Assembly (NCBI GenBank): GCA_963843575.1
Contig: CAWJKZ010000015.1
Span: 1 to 64,000 of the forward strand
Length of the DNA: 64,000 nucleotides
DNA from: an uncultured Acidobacteriota bacterium
GTDB taxonomy: Bacteria; Acidobacteriota; UBA6911
Reading direction: 5' to 3'
This document shows, one piece after another, positions 40,286 through 50,577 of the stretch (position 1 is its first letter; every line of letters starts with the position of its first letter). A program made the position numbers and the translations under genes. The notes under the pieces are model-generated. The model saw only the letters and a program-made list of their open reading frames with translations, did not search any database and was not told the origin of the DNA.

Positions 40286-41842
40286 ATGCGCATACACTTC
40301 GTCAACCCGTCGGATATTTCGTTCGGCACTGCGGTCATCACGCCTCGCTGGCTGTACGTGCTTGCCGGGGCGACGCCTGGTCGCTACGGCACGCCGTCCA
40401 TCGTCGATGAAACGCTCGAGCCGTTCGACCCCGACCGCGTGGCTCCCGGCGACGTAGTGGGCATCGGCATCCACACCGGGAATGCGATTCGCGGCTATCA
40501 AGTCGGTCGACTGGCACGCGAACGCGGCGCAACGGTCGTCTTTGGTGGGGTCCATTCCAGCCTGTACCCCGACGAAGCTCTTGATTACGGCGCGGCTCAC
40601 GCCGTCGTAAGAGAGGATGGCGATCTCGTCTGGCCGACAGTGCTCGCCGACTGTACCGCCGGAACGCTCAAGGCTGTCTACGACGGCGGGCGCGTCGACG
40701 GCGACTCGTTCATTCCGGCGCGATGGGATCTGCTGCCGGCGGACCGCTACATGTGGGGTTCAGTCCAGACGGTGCGCGGCTGTCCGAAGCATTGCTCGTT
40801 CTGTTCCGTGTGGCGCACGGACGGCCAGAAGCCGCGACAGCGGGGCGTGGAGGATGTGGTGGCCGAGATCGTGGAGCTTCGACGCCGCGGCTTCCGGTTC
40901 ATTCTTCTCTCGGACGACAACTTCTACCCGGTCACGCTGGCCGATCTCGCCATGGCGGCCCGGCGTGCCGATCCGGCGCGACTCGAGAATCTCAAGACGT
41001 TGCGGCGGGAGCGCTTCGAGCTGATGTCGCGGTTGGAGCAGCTGCCCGACGATCTCGTGTTCTACACGCAGATCACGATGGAGGCTGCCGAGGATCCGGC
41101 GTTCCTCAAGGCGATGCGCAGAGCCAGGATTCGCGGGGCGCTCGTCGGCATCGAGTCGGTGACGCCTGAAGGCCTCAAGGCGGTCTACAAGGATTTCAAC
41201 CCGGCAGGGGACGCGCTTGTGACTCGTCTGCAGGCGTTTGGACATAACGGGGTGCACGTCCTCGGATCGTTCATTTTTGGTTTGCCGACCGACAGGGAGG
41301 GCACGTTCAAGGCGACAGCCGATCTGGCACAGCGGGCTGGCCTCTCCTTCGCGCAGTTTGTGATGCTGCAGCCGTTTCCCGGCACCGTAGATTTCGCCAA
41401 GTGGGAGAAGGGGGAGTCGGCCTCGATTCGTGTCGGGTCGACCCCTTTGTCTAGATACTGGCTCATCCCTTCATCCGAGCGGCCGAAGATCTACTTGTCG
41501 CACCCGGTGATGTCCGCCGACGAGATTCGCCGGCGGACGCAAGTGACGTGGGACGAGTTCTATAGTCTCCCGCTCATCTGGAAACGTTCGAAGGGATGCG
41601 TCAAGTCGCTGAAAGCCCGGGTCGCCTTCGTGTTGATCTCGAAGTTGTACCGCCAGATGTACGCGAACACGGGAATCGCCACCGACAGCGCTCGCGTCGC
41701 CCGGTCGGCGCGTCGCGCACGGGTGCTCGCCAGGCTGGCGAGGCGGCTCTTCGTCGGTGCGCCGATGCCGGAGCTCCAGGTCTCTCGTGGGGGACCGGCC
41801 GTTGGGACGACTATCCACCGCAAGCGACGGCGGCCATGCTGA
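40286..41842 (+). CDS. B12-binding radical SAM protein
   Basis: N-terminal cobalamin-binding-like domain (VVFGGVH), RGCPKHCSFC, DDNF and GIES motifs. Confidence 0.9.
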   Translation: MRIHFVNPSDISFGTAVITPRWLYVLAGATPGRYGTPSIVDETLEPFDPDRVAPGDVVGIGIHTGNAIRGYQVGRLARERGATVVFGGVHSSLYPDEALDYGAAHAVVREDGDLVWPTVLADCTAGTLKAVYDGGRVDGDSFIPARWDLLPADRYMWGSVQTVRGCPKHCSFCSVWRTDGQKPRQRGVEDVVAEIVELRRRGFRFILLSDDNFYPVTLADLAMAARRADPARLENLKTLRRERFELMSRLEQLPDDLVFYTQITMEAAEDPAFLKAMRRARIRGALVGIESVTPEGLKAVYKDFNPAGDALVTRLQAFGHNGVHVLGSFIFGLPTDREGTFKATADLAQRAGLSFAQFVMLQPFPGTVDFAKWEKGESASIRVGSTPLSRYWLIPSSERPKIYLSHPVMSADEIRRRTQVTWDEFYSLPLIWKRSKGCVKSLKARVAFVLISKLYRQMYANTGIATDSARVARSARRARVLARLARRLFVGAPMPELQVSRGGPAVGTTIHRKRRRPC

Positions 41843-42070
41843 ACCTCCTTGATTCGCACACGATGGCAATCGTGCGCTGTATGTGATGACCGAAGCGACC
41901 GACACCGGCCTGGTGCAGGCGAAGCAGCGGCTGGAACTGGCGGCGCTGTTTCAGTTCACCTACATGGGCGAATGATGGACGTCAACTACATTGACCGGTG
42001 ACGAAGTCGCAGTGAATTCGCCGTCGCCGGCCAATAGCGATAACGGCCCAATCGGTGATCCTTACACACC
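41805..42070 (+). pseudogene. GH13 amylopullulanase/neopullulanase fragment
   Basis: DDYPPQATAAMLNLLDSH, AKQRLELAALFQFTYMG and GDEV..DPY pieces in shifting frames. Confidence 0.6.
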
Positions 42071-42099
42071 TCGATACCCTGTCCGTTAATGGGACCGCG

Positions 42100-42340
42100 G
42101 TACCTTGGCGGCGCTCTTCCCGCTCTATGTCACGTATCCCGGGCGGCGCCGCTCGTCCTGACCCCCTGCACGGCCTGTTCAGCCCTCACCCGGCGGAGCT
42201 CGCCGGATAGCCTGGAGTGGTTGATGCCGGCTTCGAAGCGGTGCGCGCGCTCGATGGCGGGGTTCGCCGGGCCCAGCAGTCCCGGCCGAGCTCCTGCAGG
42301 AACGCGCGCGGGTAGCCGCTGTCCTTCGAGGTCGCGTTAA
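42100..42340 (-). pseudogene. Remnant of two prophage genes homologous to 15477-16054
   Basis: SKDSGYPRAFLQELGRDC..NPAIERAHRFEAGINHSRLSGE and DERRRPGYVT*SGKSAAK. Confidence 0.85.
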
Positions 42341-42557
42341 CTCGTTTGGGCCGGGACGCATTGCATTGGCGTGCCCTGCACTGCTAGAATCGCCCCCTGT
42401 TATTGAGGGCGACCCGTGGATTGAACCACAATGAACTGGTTGCCGAACACGCTACACTTCCCCATGGGCACAGGGTTGCTGTGTCAGTACCTTCAAATGC
42501 AAATGTGCGTTAATGGCGCTAACTTGAGATCGCCTACTCAACCCTTTAGGAGTAGCT

Positions 42558-43172
42558 ATGAACACGGTAACGATGCGATTGAGTTTGGTTGTGGCCGTCT
42601 GCGTAGCGGTATCCCTATCTCTCTCAGGATGTGCATCTGCCCCCACGGCGGAAATCAATGCAGCCAAGGCGGCTATCACCGCAGCGCAGGCCGATGATGT
42701 CCGGACTTATGCTCCCGAGGCCCTGAAAGCTGCTGAAGACACCCTTGCCAAGGCGACCGGTGAAGTGCAGACCCAGGATGGCAAATTCGGACTTTCGCGC
42801 GACTACAAGGCTGCCTCCCAATTGCTGAAGCAGGTCAGCGACGCAGCAGCCCAAGCCCAAGCGGATGCCCAGGCTAACAAGGCCAAGACCAAATCCGAAG
42901 CCGAGGCTTTGATTGCTGGTTTGGCGACGCAGCTTGCCGATGCCAAGAAGGCTCTCGCCACCGCCCCAAAGGGGAAAGATACCAAGGCGGAGCTAGAAGC
43001 GCTTCAGAACGATCTGAAGAGCGCGGGCGAGGCTGCGACAGCGGCTTCCACGGCGATGACCCAGGAGAAGTTCATGGATGCCCTCGGCCAGGCCAAGACG
43101 GCGAAGGCGAAGGCCGATGGCGTTATCGAACAGGTTACAGCTGCGAAAGCGAAGATTAAGGGTCGCAGATAG
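42558..43172 (+). CDS. Ala/Lys-rich helical lipoprotein (DUF4398-like)
   Basis: Lipobox LSGC, AGGAG RBS and YAPEAL..A repeat-like helices. Confidence 0.82.
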   Translation: MNTVTMRLSLVVAVCVAVSLSLSGCASAPTAEINAAKAAITAAQADDVRTYAPEALKAAEDTLAKATGEVQTQDGKFGLSRDYKAASQLLKQVSDAAAQAQADAQANKAKTKSEAEALIAGLATQLADAKKALATAPKGKDTKAELEALQNDLKSAGEAATAASTAMTQEKFMDALGQAKTAKAKADGVIEQVTAAKAKIKGRR

Positions 43173-43197
43173 TTCCTTCGCAGTTTCGGGAAGGTAA

Positions 43198-44322
43198 ATG
43201 GCGTCTGAAATAAGGCGGGGAATCATCTGGGTATTCGTCGCCCTGATGGTCCTGATTCTTTGGGTGGCGGCGAATCGACTGTGGCTTTACACGGCACTGC
43301 GCAACCACCCCTGGCAGTTTGAGTCCTATGTCGACAACATGTCGGCGCGCTGTGCGGCAGATGCGGGAGCCTATGCATTTGCAGAGGAGTTGCGCGCTCT
43401 GGCCAGCCAGGCGCAAGAAGCAAGGCTTTGCCTGAACAGAGAAGACGAGAGATGGGTGGTTGGCCGCGATTACGCCCCCTGTTATCAGAAACTGGCAAGT
43501 TGCGCTTTGACTGCGCTCCAAGTCCGCCGAACCCAGGAGCAGCGGGCGCGAGACCAGAAAGCCCGTCTTAATGCCACGCTGAAACCACTTGAATCGGAAC
43601 TGGACAGCGATGCCCGCGCCAGGAGGGCAGGGATCAAGCTCGAGATCCGGAACCTCGCTCAGTCCCAGGCCAGGACTGAGATTGAGACAGCCCGCAACCT
43701 GATCGCGCTCGGCCAAACCGATTCTGCTCTCACTGCCGCCATGCGCGCCCGCGCCGCATGGGATCGGAGCGAAAACTCCATATCGGCTGATCTGGGTCGT
43801 TTTTATGATTCCGGGCATCGGGCCCAATGGGAAAACAGCGCGCAAGATCTGCTGCGCTGGACCAGGCGAACGGGGCGCGCGGCAATTCTCGTGGACAAGC
43901 TGGAGCATCGCTGCCTGCTGCTGGCCGCAGGACGCGTTGAGAGAGCTTATGTTGCCAACCTCGGCAGAAACTGGTATCGATCGAAGTTACAGGAGAACGA
44001 TGCTTCCACGCCCGAAGGGGAATACAGGATAAAGAGCAAGTTCCGCTCCGGCAGTTTTGGCTGGGCCTTGCTTCTGGACTATCCCAATGCCGCCGACCGG
44101 CAGCGTTTTAATGCGCTGAGAAAAATGGGGGTGATCTCGGCGCGCGCACGGATCGGAGGCAACATCGAGATTCACGGAGGCGGTCGGCGTAATTCGGACT
44201 GGACCGATGGCTGCGTCTCTCTGGAGAATCCCGAAATGGCCGGTCTGTACAGACGGGCGTATGTCGGCATGCCGGTAACGATCGTGGGTACAAGCAGTCT
44301 TGGAGCCTCGGTGAAAGAGTAG
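43198..44322 (+). CDS. Membrane-anchored L,D-transpeptidase (YkuD) family protein
   Basis: TPEGEY, LDYPN and catalytic IEIHGGG..WTDGCV motifs. Confidence 0.88.
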   Translation: MASEIRRGIIWVFVALMVLILWVAANRLWLYTALRNHPWQFESYVDNMSARCAADAGAYAFAEELRALASQAQEARLCLNREDERWVVGRDYAPCYQKLASCALTALQVRRTQEQRARDQKARLNATLKPLESELDSDARARRAGIKLEIRNLAQSQARTEIETARNLIALGQTDSALTAAMRARAAWDRSENSISADLGRFYDSGHRAQWENSAQDLLRWTRRTGRAAILVDKLEHRCLLLAAGRVERAYVANLGRNWYRSKLQENDASTPEGEYRIKSKFRSGSFGWALLLDYPNAADRQRFNALRKMGVISARARIGGNIEIHGGGRRNSDWTDGCVSLENPEMAGLYRRAYVGMPVTIVGTSSLGASVKE

Positions 44323-44329
44323 GGTTGTC

Positions 44330-45010
44330 ATGCCTGGTGCGGCACGGAAACTGGCGAGGATAAGTTGCGCATGCCTTGGATGCCTGGCTGCGATTGCCCT
44401 GCTGCAAGCCTGCTCGTCTTCAAATAGATCGGAGCAGACACAGGCCTCGCCAGCTGGCAAGGGTGGAACTGTAAGAGGGCACGGAGAGCGGGGTGCCCTG
44501 CGCGATCGAGCGCGAGCCCTGGAGAACAAAGTGCGCAAGCTGGAAGCCACCAGAGACCGTTTGTACCCCAGCGCGCCGGTTATCCTGGTCGATACCGCTC
44601 AAAGCCGCCTTAGCCTGGTGGCGGGATCCAGGGTGATTGCCGCGGGGACGTGCTCCACCGGTAACGGCATGGAATTGACCGACGGTGCCGGCAAACGCTC
44701 GTGGACTTTTGACACGCCCAGGGGATATTTCCGCGTTCTCGGCAAGGTGGCCAACCCGGTATGGTATCGGCCCGACTGGTCCTATGTTGAAGAAGGGGAG
44801 CCGATTCCTAAAGACCGTTCCAAGCGTGCCGAGGCGAATGTACTGGGGGATTATGCCCTTGCCTTCGGCAACGGCTTCTTTATACACGGCACTCTTTATA
44901 CCCGCCTGCTGGGCGCCAATGTGACCCACGGGTGCATTCGAATCGACGACGACCTGTTGAAGAAGGTCTTCCAGGTCGCGCAACCCGGGACCCCAATCTG
45001 GATCTACTGA
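44330..45010 (+). CDS. L,D-transpeptidase (YkuD) lipoprotein
   Basis: Lipobox LQAC; TPRG and FIHGT..THGCIR motifs. Confidence 0.9.
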   Translation: MPGAARKLARISCACLGCLAAIALLQACSSSNRSEQTQASPAGKGGTVRGHGERGALRDRARALENKVRKLEATRDRLYPSAPVILVDTAQSRLSLVAGSRVIAAGTCSTGNGMELTDGAGKRSWTFDTPRGYFRVLGKVANPVWYRPDWSYVEEGEPIPKDRSKRAEANVLGDYALAFGNGFFIHGTLYTRLLGANVTHGCIRIDDDLLKKVFQVAQPGTPIWIY

Positions 45011-45011
45011 G

Positions 45012-45743
45012 ATGCCCCACACGGAAAACACGAAACCAGGAATCACGGCTTTCGTGCGGGTACGCGCATTGGCTCTGGCTGCGATTCTCGCAGGCTCGCT
45101 GGCGGTTTCCTGTCGTTCGCGCTCCGGGCAGCCATCCGAAAGTTCATCCGAAGACCAGAACATTCAGGAGCGGATCGCGACGCTGACCCGTCAAGAGCAG
45201 ATTCTATCGGCGGAAGTTTCAGTTGCGAAGGCCCCCACACCTTATCTCTCTGTTGACTTCCTGAGCGGGAAAATCGAATTGAGGGCTCAAGGCCGGACGT
45301 TGCGCAGCTTTCCCGTCGGCAAGATCAGCCGGTCGGGCGGGTCGCCGTCCGCGGCCCAGACTTGGGAGGAAACTGAAGCCAAGCCGCTGGAGCTTCCTGC
45401 GCGGGCCAAGGTGGTCCCGGGATCGGGAGAGGAGACCACATCATCCATCGCAAGCCAGAATCCCTGGGGACCGAAAAGGATGCCGTTGGACTATGATTTG
45501 GTCTGTAAAGAAAACCGCTTGGTTGGAGTCCGCTCGTTGCCGTCCGCGCAATCGCGCAGCCGTTTCACCCGCTGGATCATAGGCGGTTTTCGCCAGTTGC
45601 TCGACCGAGCCCGCAATGTACTTGGCGGAAGGAAATCGGCCTATCGGGAATCGCTCGAGATCTGGCTCTCCGAAGATCAGGCACAGCTGCTTTTCTGGTC
45701 TCTCCCCAAGCAGTTCAACATTCTGATCCTCAACGCCTCCTGA
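45012..45743 (+). CDS. Lipoprotein, possibly a degenerate YkuD fold
   Basis: AVSC lipobox-like site; YLSVD..LRSFPV resembles the YkuD start, but there is no His/Cys motif. Confidence 0.65.
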   Translation: MPHTENTKPGITAFVRVRALALAAILAGSLAVSCRSRSGQPSESSSEDQNIQERIATLTRQEQILSAEVSVAKAPTPYLSVDFLSGKIELRAQGRTLRSFPVGKISRSGGSPSAAQTWEETEAKPLELPARAKVVPGSGEETTSSIASQNPWGPKRMPLDYDLVCKENRLVGVRSLPSAQSRSRFTRWIIGGFRQLLDRARNVLGGRKSAYRESLEIWLSEDQAQLLFWSLPKQFNILILNAS

Positions 45744-46206
45744 CTCTGAACGCCAGGAGCTCGAACACGGATTTGTCGTCGCCATGCTCGTTCATCTCGT
45801 GGGATTGCTCCTCACGGAGCCGCTTTACACGCCTCACTGCTGGCCGGAGGGACAGGAAGGGAAAACGGTGGCCTGAACGAGGTGCCGTTGGGAACGTGAT
45901 CTGTGCTGGAGCCTGTTCTCTCTTGTTTGTGGAACGACCCTACGCCCGCTCAAGAATGACTGTCAACGAAAAATGTAGTTGCCAGACAGCGCCCTGGGAG
46001 GGGGTGCTTCGCCCGGGGCGTAACCCGTGGCACCCCCGCCCCTGATCCAGCGCCAGCAAGGCAAATTAGTCGCGCAGGCGGCTCAGGTTGAATCATAGGA
46101 GAGCCTAGCGGGACGCGGTGATTGTGGTGGGTAAAGGAGGCGAATCATTGAGAAGAAAGGCGGGTGGTCGTTTGCTTCACATGAGACTATTCCCAGCACG
46201 TTTCGT

Positions 46207-47001
46207 TCAGGCCCGTCCCTTCCTGCTTATTATGGAGAGGGTGGAGGGGGTGGAGAGGGTTTCGAGCGGGGTGAAGCCGGCGGACGCGAGGATGTTCTGG
46301 AGATCGGTCGGGTAGAAATAGCGGATGCGCTCGCGGGTGACCACCGTACGCGAGCGCGAGCCGTTCGCGGCCATGACGGTGTAGGTGCGCTCCACGATAT
46401 TGACCTGTTTCGAGGGATTTTTCAGGATTTGTTTTTCTCTCTGAAGAACGGTGCCGTCGGCACGGGTCCTCCGGTAATCCAGATAGACGCAATCGTCGGA
46501 ACGCAGAAGCACGTCGGGATCAGGAAGAAACGTGTCCATCACGAACCTGCCCCCCGGCTTCAGATGCCTGGAGATACAGGCCAGAGCCGAGCGTTGCGCG
46601 CTTTCCTCCACCAGGTAGTTGAAGGCGGAAAAAGGGCAGATCACGAGCGAAAACACGGCACCGAGCTCGAATCCGCTCATGTCGGCGCAGTGCACCTGCA
46701 ACCGTGTCCTCTCCTGAGGATCCAGCACCGCATCGGCCTTCCTCCGCAGAGCTTCCAGCATGCGCGGCGAAACATCGAGGCCAACCACCCGGCATCCCGC
46801 CCTGACCAACGGCAGAGAGACCCGGCCCGTCCCGCATCCGAGTTCGAGCACGGGGCCCGAAGCCGCCAGGGCTTGGCTCGCGTAGAAGGCGATGTCGGCC
46901 CCTGGATTCGTCACCCCCATGTCGTCGTCGTAGAACTCTGAAATGGCGTCATAGACCCTGGCGGGGCTGTCGAAGGTTTGCTTCTCCCAGCAGCCTGTCA
47001 T
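46207..47001 (-). CDS. Class I SAM-dependent methyltransferase
   Basis: VLELGCGTGR, GLDVSPRML and HLKPGGRF motifs. Confidence 0.9.
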   Translation of the reverse strand: MTGCWEKQTFDSPARVYDAISEFYDDDMGVTNPGADIAFYASQALAASGPVLELGCGTGRVSLPLVRAGCRVVGLDVSPRMLEALRRKADAVLDPQERTRLQVHCADMSGFELGAVFSLVICPFSAFNYLVEESAQRSALACISRHLKPGGRFVMDTFLPDPDVLLRSDDCVYLDYRRTRADGTVLQREKQILKNPSKQVNIVERTYTVMAANGSRSRTVVTRERIRYFYPTDLQNILASAGFTPLETLSTPSTLSIISRKGRA

Positions 47002-49156
47002 ATGCCTCCATAGATTTCCCGGCGGACGCACGCCACGAATGTCTCGCGAGATAGTCGGCGGGCGGCGGCTCTATCGACTTGCGGAGCGCGCCGTCCAGCA
47101 ATAGACGCTCGAGCGGCTCCAGGAAGTCGCGCGTGCCTTCGACGACGATCAGTGAAGGCGGACGGTCGGAGAGAAACCCGCGCGCCCCTTCCCTGGTCGA
47201 TACGCAGACGCGCCCCGCCGCCGCGGACTCCAGTAGTTTCACGCTCGAGCCCCGGATTCCCGAGACCGGGTTTATGGTCAGCGCACACCGCCTCAGGAAT
47301 GGCCGCGGATCCTCGCCGTAATCGTAAATGGTCACGCCCGGAACCCGAAATAAGTCGAGCTCCCGGTCTTCGCGTTCGGCCGCGCCGGCACCGGCCAGGA
47401 TCCACAACTCCGCCCCGGGGACGCGCCGCCGCAGTTGCGGGAACACGTCCCGCACGAACTCCGAGATTCCCTCGAAGTTCGGCATGTAACGAAAAGGCCC
47501 CGCAAAGAGAATCCCACGCCCGCCGTCCTCGGATGGAACGTATTCCATCTCCTCCATCCCGTTCGGCACCACCACGGGGCGCAGGCCCGGGACGAGCGCC
47601 GCATCCTCGTCCGAACACACAAACACACCGTCAAACCGCGACAGCTGATCCATCTCGCGCGCATCATCCGCATGCGAACCGTCCACCCCCAGGTTGACGT
47701 CGTGGAGGGTTATGGACCAGCTCCCACCGCCGCGCCTCATTGCGACCAGCCCGGCGAGCTCCGAGAACTCTATCTGCACGGCATCCGGCCGCACGGTGCC
47801 GATCAATCTCAGAAGCTCCTGCCGCAGCTGCGGGTGACAGTGCGCCTCACCCCGCGCGCTCCGCCCCGCCCCGGCGGGCACGGCCGCTCTCCCCCCAACC
47901 AGGTGAACAGCCGCCAGGTTCCCGAAGCGCTTCCCCGGCCCTCCCGCGAAGGCCTCGGCCTCGTCGCCGAGCAGGACCACGTTGTACCGTTCCGAAAGCG
48001 CCTCCACCAGACGGCACATTCGGACCGCGCCGCCGTGGGCCGGCGGATACATTGCGAACGGCGAGACCATCAGGACCACCGGACGCGCATTCAACGACGT
48101 CGCAGGCCGCAGGAAGTACTTCAGCTGTGCGAACCCGAGACACGAATCATCGAACGGCTGCAGGGCAGCGAACAATCGCGTCCGCAGGATCGCGGCCGCG
48201 TTCCGCTTGGATGTCAGCTGCAGCAAAGAAACGTCGTCCAGTTCTGCCGCGGCCGCATACACCCGTTCCATGGATCCCATCGTGTCCAGGTTGCGCAGGT
48301 GGAAAAGCAATCCATTGCGGCGGAACACCCGTTCGATCTCACGGTGGTCGTAATACCTCGAGATCGTTCCCCGCCGGGCATGCCATACCCTGGACGACGG
48401 GCAGAAGAGGGTCTCGTATCCCTGCCTCCATGCGAGAACACCCCACTCGACGTCCTCCCAGTAGAACGGCGCGTACGCGTCGCTCCACGCGACCAGGCGG
48501 CGCAAGAGGCGCGACTGAAACAGCGACGACCCGCCGCCCGCATAAACACCGCCGCGCACGCTGGTCTCGTCCTCCGGCGGCGTGTCGAGTATCTCGGCAA
48601 CTCCCTGAGGGCAGCGCAGCGCCGTCCACCCGGTTTCTTCGCGCCTGCGGGACGGATCCTGCGGCAGAATCTGCGAGGCGATGGAAAACACGTGCGGCGC
48701 CCGCCAGGGGAGAAGCTCGACGAGTGTCCGCCGCTCAACCACGACGTCGCTGTTGAGCAGATAGGCCCACGGGTGCCGCGCCGTGCTCATACCGCGGCGC
48801 ACGGCCTCGGAGAACGTCGCCGGGGCGGGATCAAAAATCCAGCGCACGTCCCCGAACCGTCGCGCCTCTTCCTGGTAGTCCTCCGGGTCCGAACCGTTGA
48901 CTACAACTATGGTCTCGAGCGGTTCCTCGATTTCCCTGGCAGCGCGTTCGAGCGATTCGAGGCAGGCACGCAAGAGCTTCGGGCTGCCGCGTTCCGGGAT
49001 GATCACCGAAACGCCCTGGCCGATCGATGACGGGAGCCTGATGCTTCGGGACCCGCGGCGCGACCGTATGTATGCGCCGACGCGATCGCAGAACGCCACT
49101 GCACCCTGCAACCGGAGCAACCTCGCCCTTTTCGTTGCTGCGGGCAGCGTGTTCAT
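46949..49156 (-). CDS. Bifunctional glycosyltransferase (GT2 + GT4)
   Basis: VSVIIP, LLNSDV and FYWEDVEW motifs, then YPPAHGGAVR, VVPNG and KLLESAAAG. Confidence 0.88.
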   Translation of the reverse strand: MNTLPAATKRARLLRLQGAVAFCDRVGAYIRSRRGSRSIRLPSSIGQGVSVIIPERGSPKLLRACLESLERAAREIEEPLETIVVVNGSDPEDYQEEARRFGDVRWIFDPAPATFSEAVRRGMSTARHPWAYLLNSDVVVERRTLVELLPWRAPHVFSIASQILPQDPSRRREETGWTALRCPQGVAEILDTPPEDETSVRGGVYAGGGSSLFQSRLLRRLVAWSDAYAPFYWEDVEWGVLAWRQGYETLFCPSSRVWHARRGTISRYYDHREIERVFRRNGLLFHLRNLDTMGSMERVYAAAAELDDVSLLQLTSKRNAAAILRTRLFAALQPFDDSCLGFAQLKYFLRPATSLNARPVVLMVSPFAMYPPAHGGAVRMCRLVEALSERYNVVLLGDEAEAFAGGPGKRFGNLAAVHLVGGRAAVPAGAGRSARGEAHCHPQLRQELLRLIGTVRPDAVQIEFSELAGLVAMRRGGGSWSITLHDVNLGVDGSHADDAREMDQLSRFDGVFVCSDEDAALVPGLRPVVVPNGMEEMEYVPSEDGGRGILFAGPFRYMPNFEGISEFVRDVFPQLRRRVPGAELWILAGAGAAEREDRELDLFRVPGVTIYDYGEDPRPFLRRCALTINPVSGIRGSSVKLLESAAAGRVCVSTREGARGFLSDRPPSLIVVEGTRDFLEPLERLLLDGALRKSIEPPPADYLARHSWRASAGKSMEAYDRLLGEANLRQPRQGL

Positions 49157-50577
49157 CGGAGGACCTCGATCCCGAATAGCGCAAAGCCGAGTTCGCGGGC
49201 ATCGCCGCTCACGCCTGCGTGCGCCGGACGAAAGGTATCGTCGACCCTGAGACTCACGATCATCGGCCCGCTGCCCGCGTCGACCTCCACACACGTGTTG
49301 AATCGCAGCAGGCTGTCGGTCGGATTGACCACACGCCCGGCCGGTATGCCGTCGCAGCTGATTCCAAGTCCATTGGGCTGCTCATTGCCCGAAGGAGGCA
49401 AGGCTCCCCTGAGCACGAGACCGCCTCCGCGCGGGAGCAACAAGACACCCTCGCGCTTGCTCCAGAGTGTGCCCGCGCCATCCCTCGGGTGCCACCCGCG
49501 CAAGAACTGGGCGTTTTCCCAATCGGCAGCCGAGAGCTCGCGCGTCGACGCCGGGATCGGGCCCGGCACCTTCCACTCGCATGAGAGGCATGCCGGGTTC
49601 AGCCCCGAAACGAAAGCGCGCCTGAATTCGCGGTACGCGTCGCCCTGCCAGATAGAACGCAGGCTCTGGTCCCGCAGATTGCCCAGCACGAGCGCGTCCT
49701 GCACCTCGCACGGCACGACGTCGCCATTGGACAGGATGTGTACTGTGGTCCAGGGGTCCTGATCGCAGGTCCGTATCCGAGTGCCCGGCGTGACGGCGCC
49801 TGGAGCGGACGCGCCCGCACAGTCGATCTCGGGTCCGCACCGGATTTCGACAGACGGGAATGCCCCACGTGCCTTCGCCACCACCTCTCTCAGAGCCGTT
49901 CTGAATTCACCCCGCAGTACCCCGCGGTCGTCCCGTTCCGCCGCAAAGGCCGCGGGCGCCAGGCCGCGCCGGATGACCGGAAGCACCGTCACGAGCGTGA
50001 TCCCTTTGCGCCGTGCGAGGGAAACCACCGCCGGGAGGTCGCGCAGGTTGGCTTCCATTGCGACGAACGCGATTTCCAGCGCGGGCCGGCCAGTCCCGCA
50101 CTCTTCCCGCAGCGCGAGCAGCCGGTCGAGCCTGGAGAACAGCCGCTCGAGCGCCCCGCCGCCGTAAATCGCGGTCCACTCCCCCGCAGAAGCCGTGTGC
50201 AGCGAAATACCCAGGCGGTCCAATCCGGAGCGGACAACCGCCCGCAGCGTCTCCTCGTCGGCAGAGGCCAGCGAGGTCACGAGCTCCACGGGGGCACCCG
50301 TCTGCTTCGCCAGCCGGATCGCGTCAGCCAGCCGAGGGTAGTGGATCGACTCGCCCGAATAGTTCAGCCTGATACACTCCGGATGTTCCAGCGCGCCGAT
50401 CAATTCCTCCAGCAGCCCGAAATTCATGTGTTCGCCGTTTCCCCGGCGCGCGTGGCGGGAGCAGAACACGCAGGCGAACGGGCACTTCGACGTCAGTTCG
50501 ATCCAGAGCGTGATCGGCACCGAGGCGGCGGCGTAGTCGGCTTCCGGGCAGGCTGGATTCGGTTTCGCGGTCATCAT
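49153..50577 (-). CDS. Radical SAM protein with SPASM/twitch domain and extra C-terminal domain
   Basis: CPFACVFC; C..PW..NGDVVPC..LGNL..IW..CLSC. Confidence 0.9.
   Translation of the reverse strand: MMTAKPNPACPEADYAAASVPITLWIELTSKCPFACVFCSRHARRGNGEHMNFGLLEELIGALEHPECIRLNYSGESIHYPRLADAIRLAKQTGAPVELVTSLASADEETLRAVVRSGLDRLGISLHTASAGEWTAIYGGGALERLFSRLDRLLALREECGTGRPALEIAFVAMEANLRDLPAVVSLARRKGITLVTVLPVIRRGLAPAAFAAERDDRGVLRGEFRTALREVVAKARGAFPSVEIRCGPEIDCAGASAPGAVTPGTRIRTCDQDPWTTVHILSNGDVVPCEVQDALVLGNLRDQSLRSIWQGDAYREFRRAFVSGLNPACLSCEWKVPGPIPASTRELSAADWENAQFLRGWHPRDGAGTLWSKREGVLLLPRGGGLVLRGALPPSGNEQPNGLGISCDGIPAGRVVNPTDSLLRFNTCVEVDAGSGPMIVSLRVDDTFRPAHAGVSGDARELGFALFGIEVLR

Noticed and set aside
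45961-46030. IS21-like terminus TGTCAACG
   Set aside because: No partner end or istA/istB remnant was seen.
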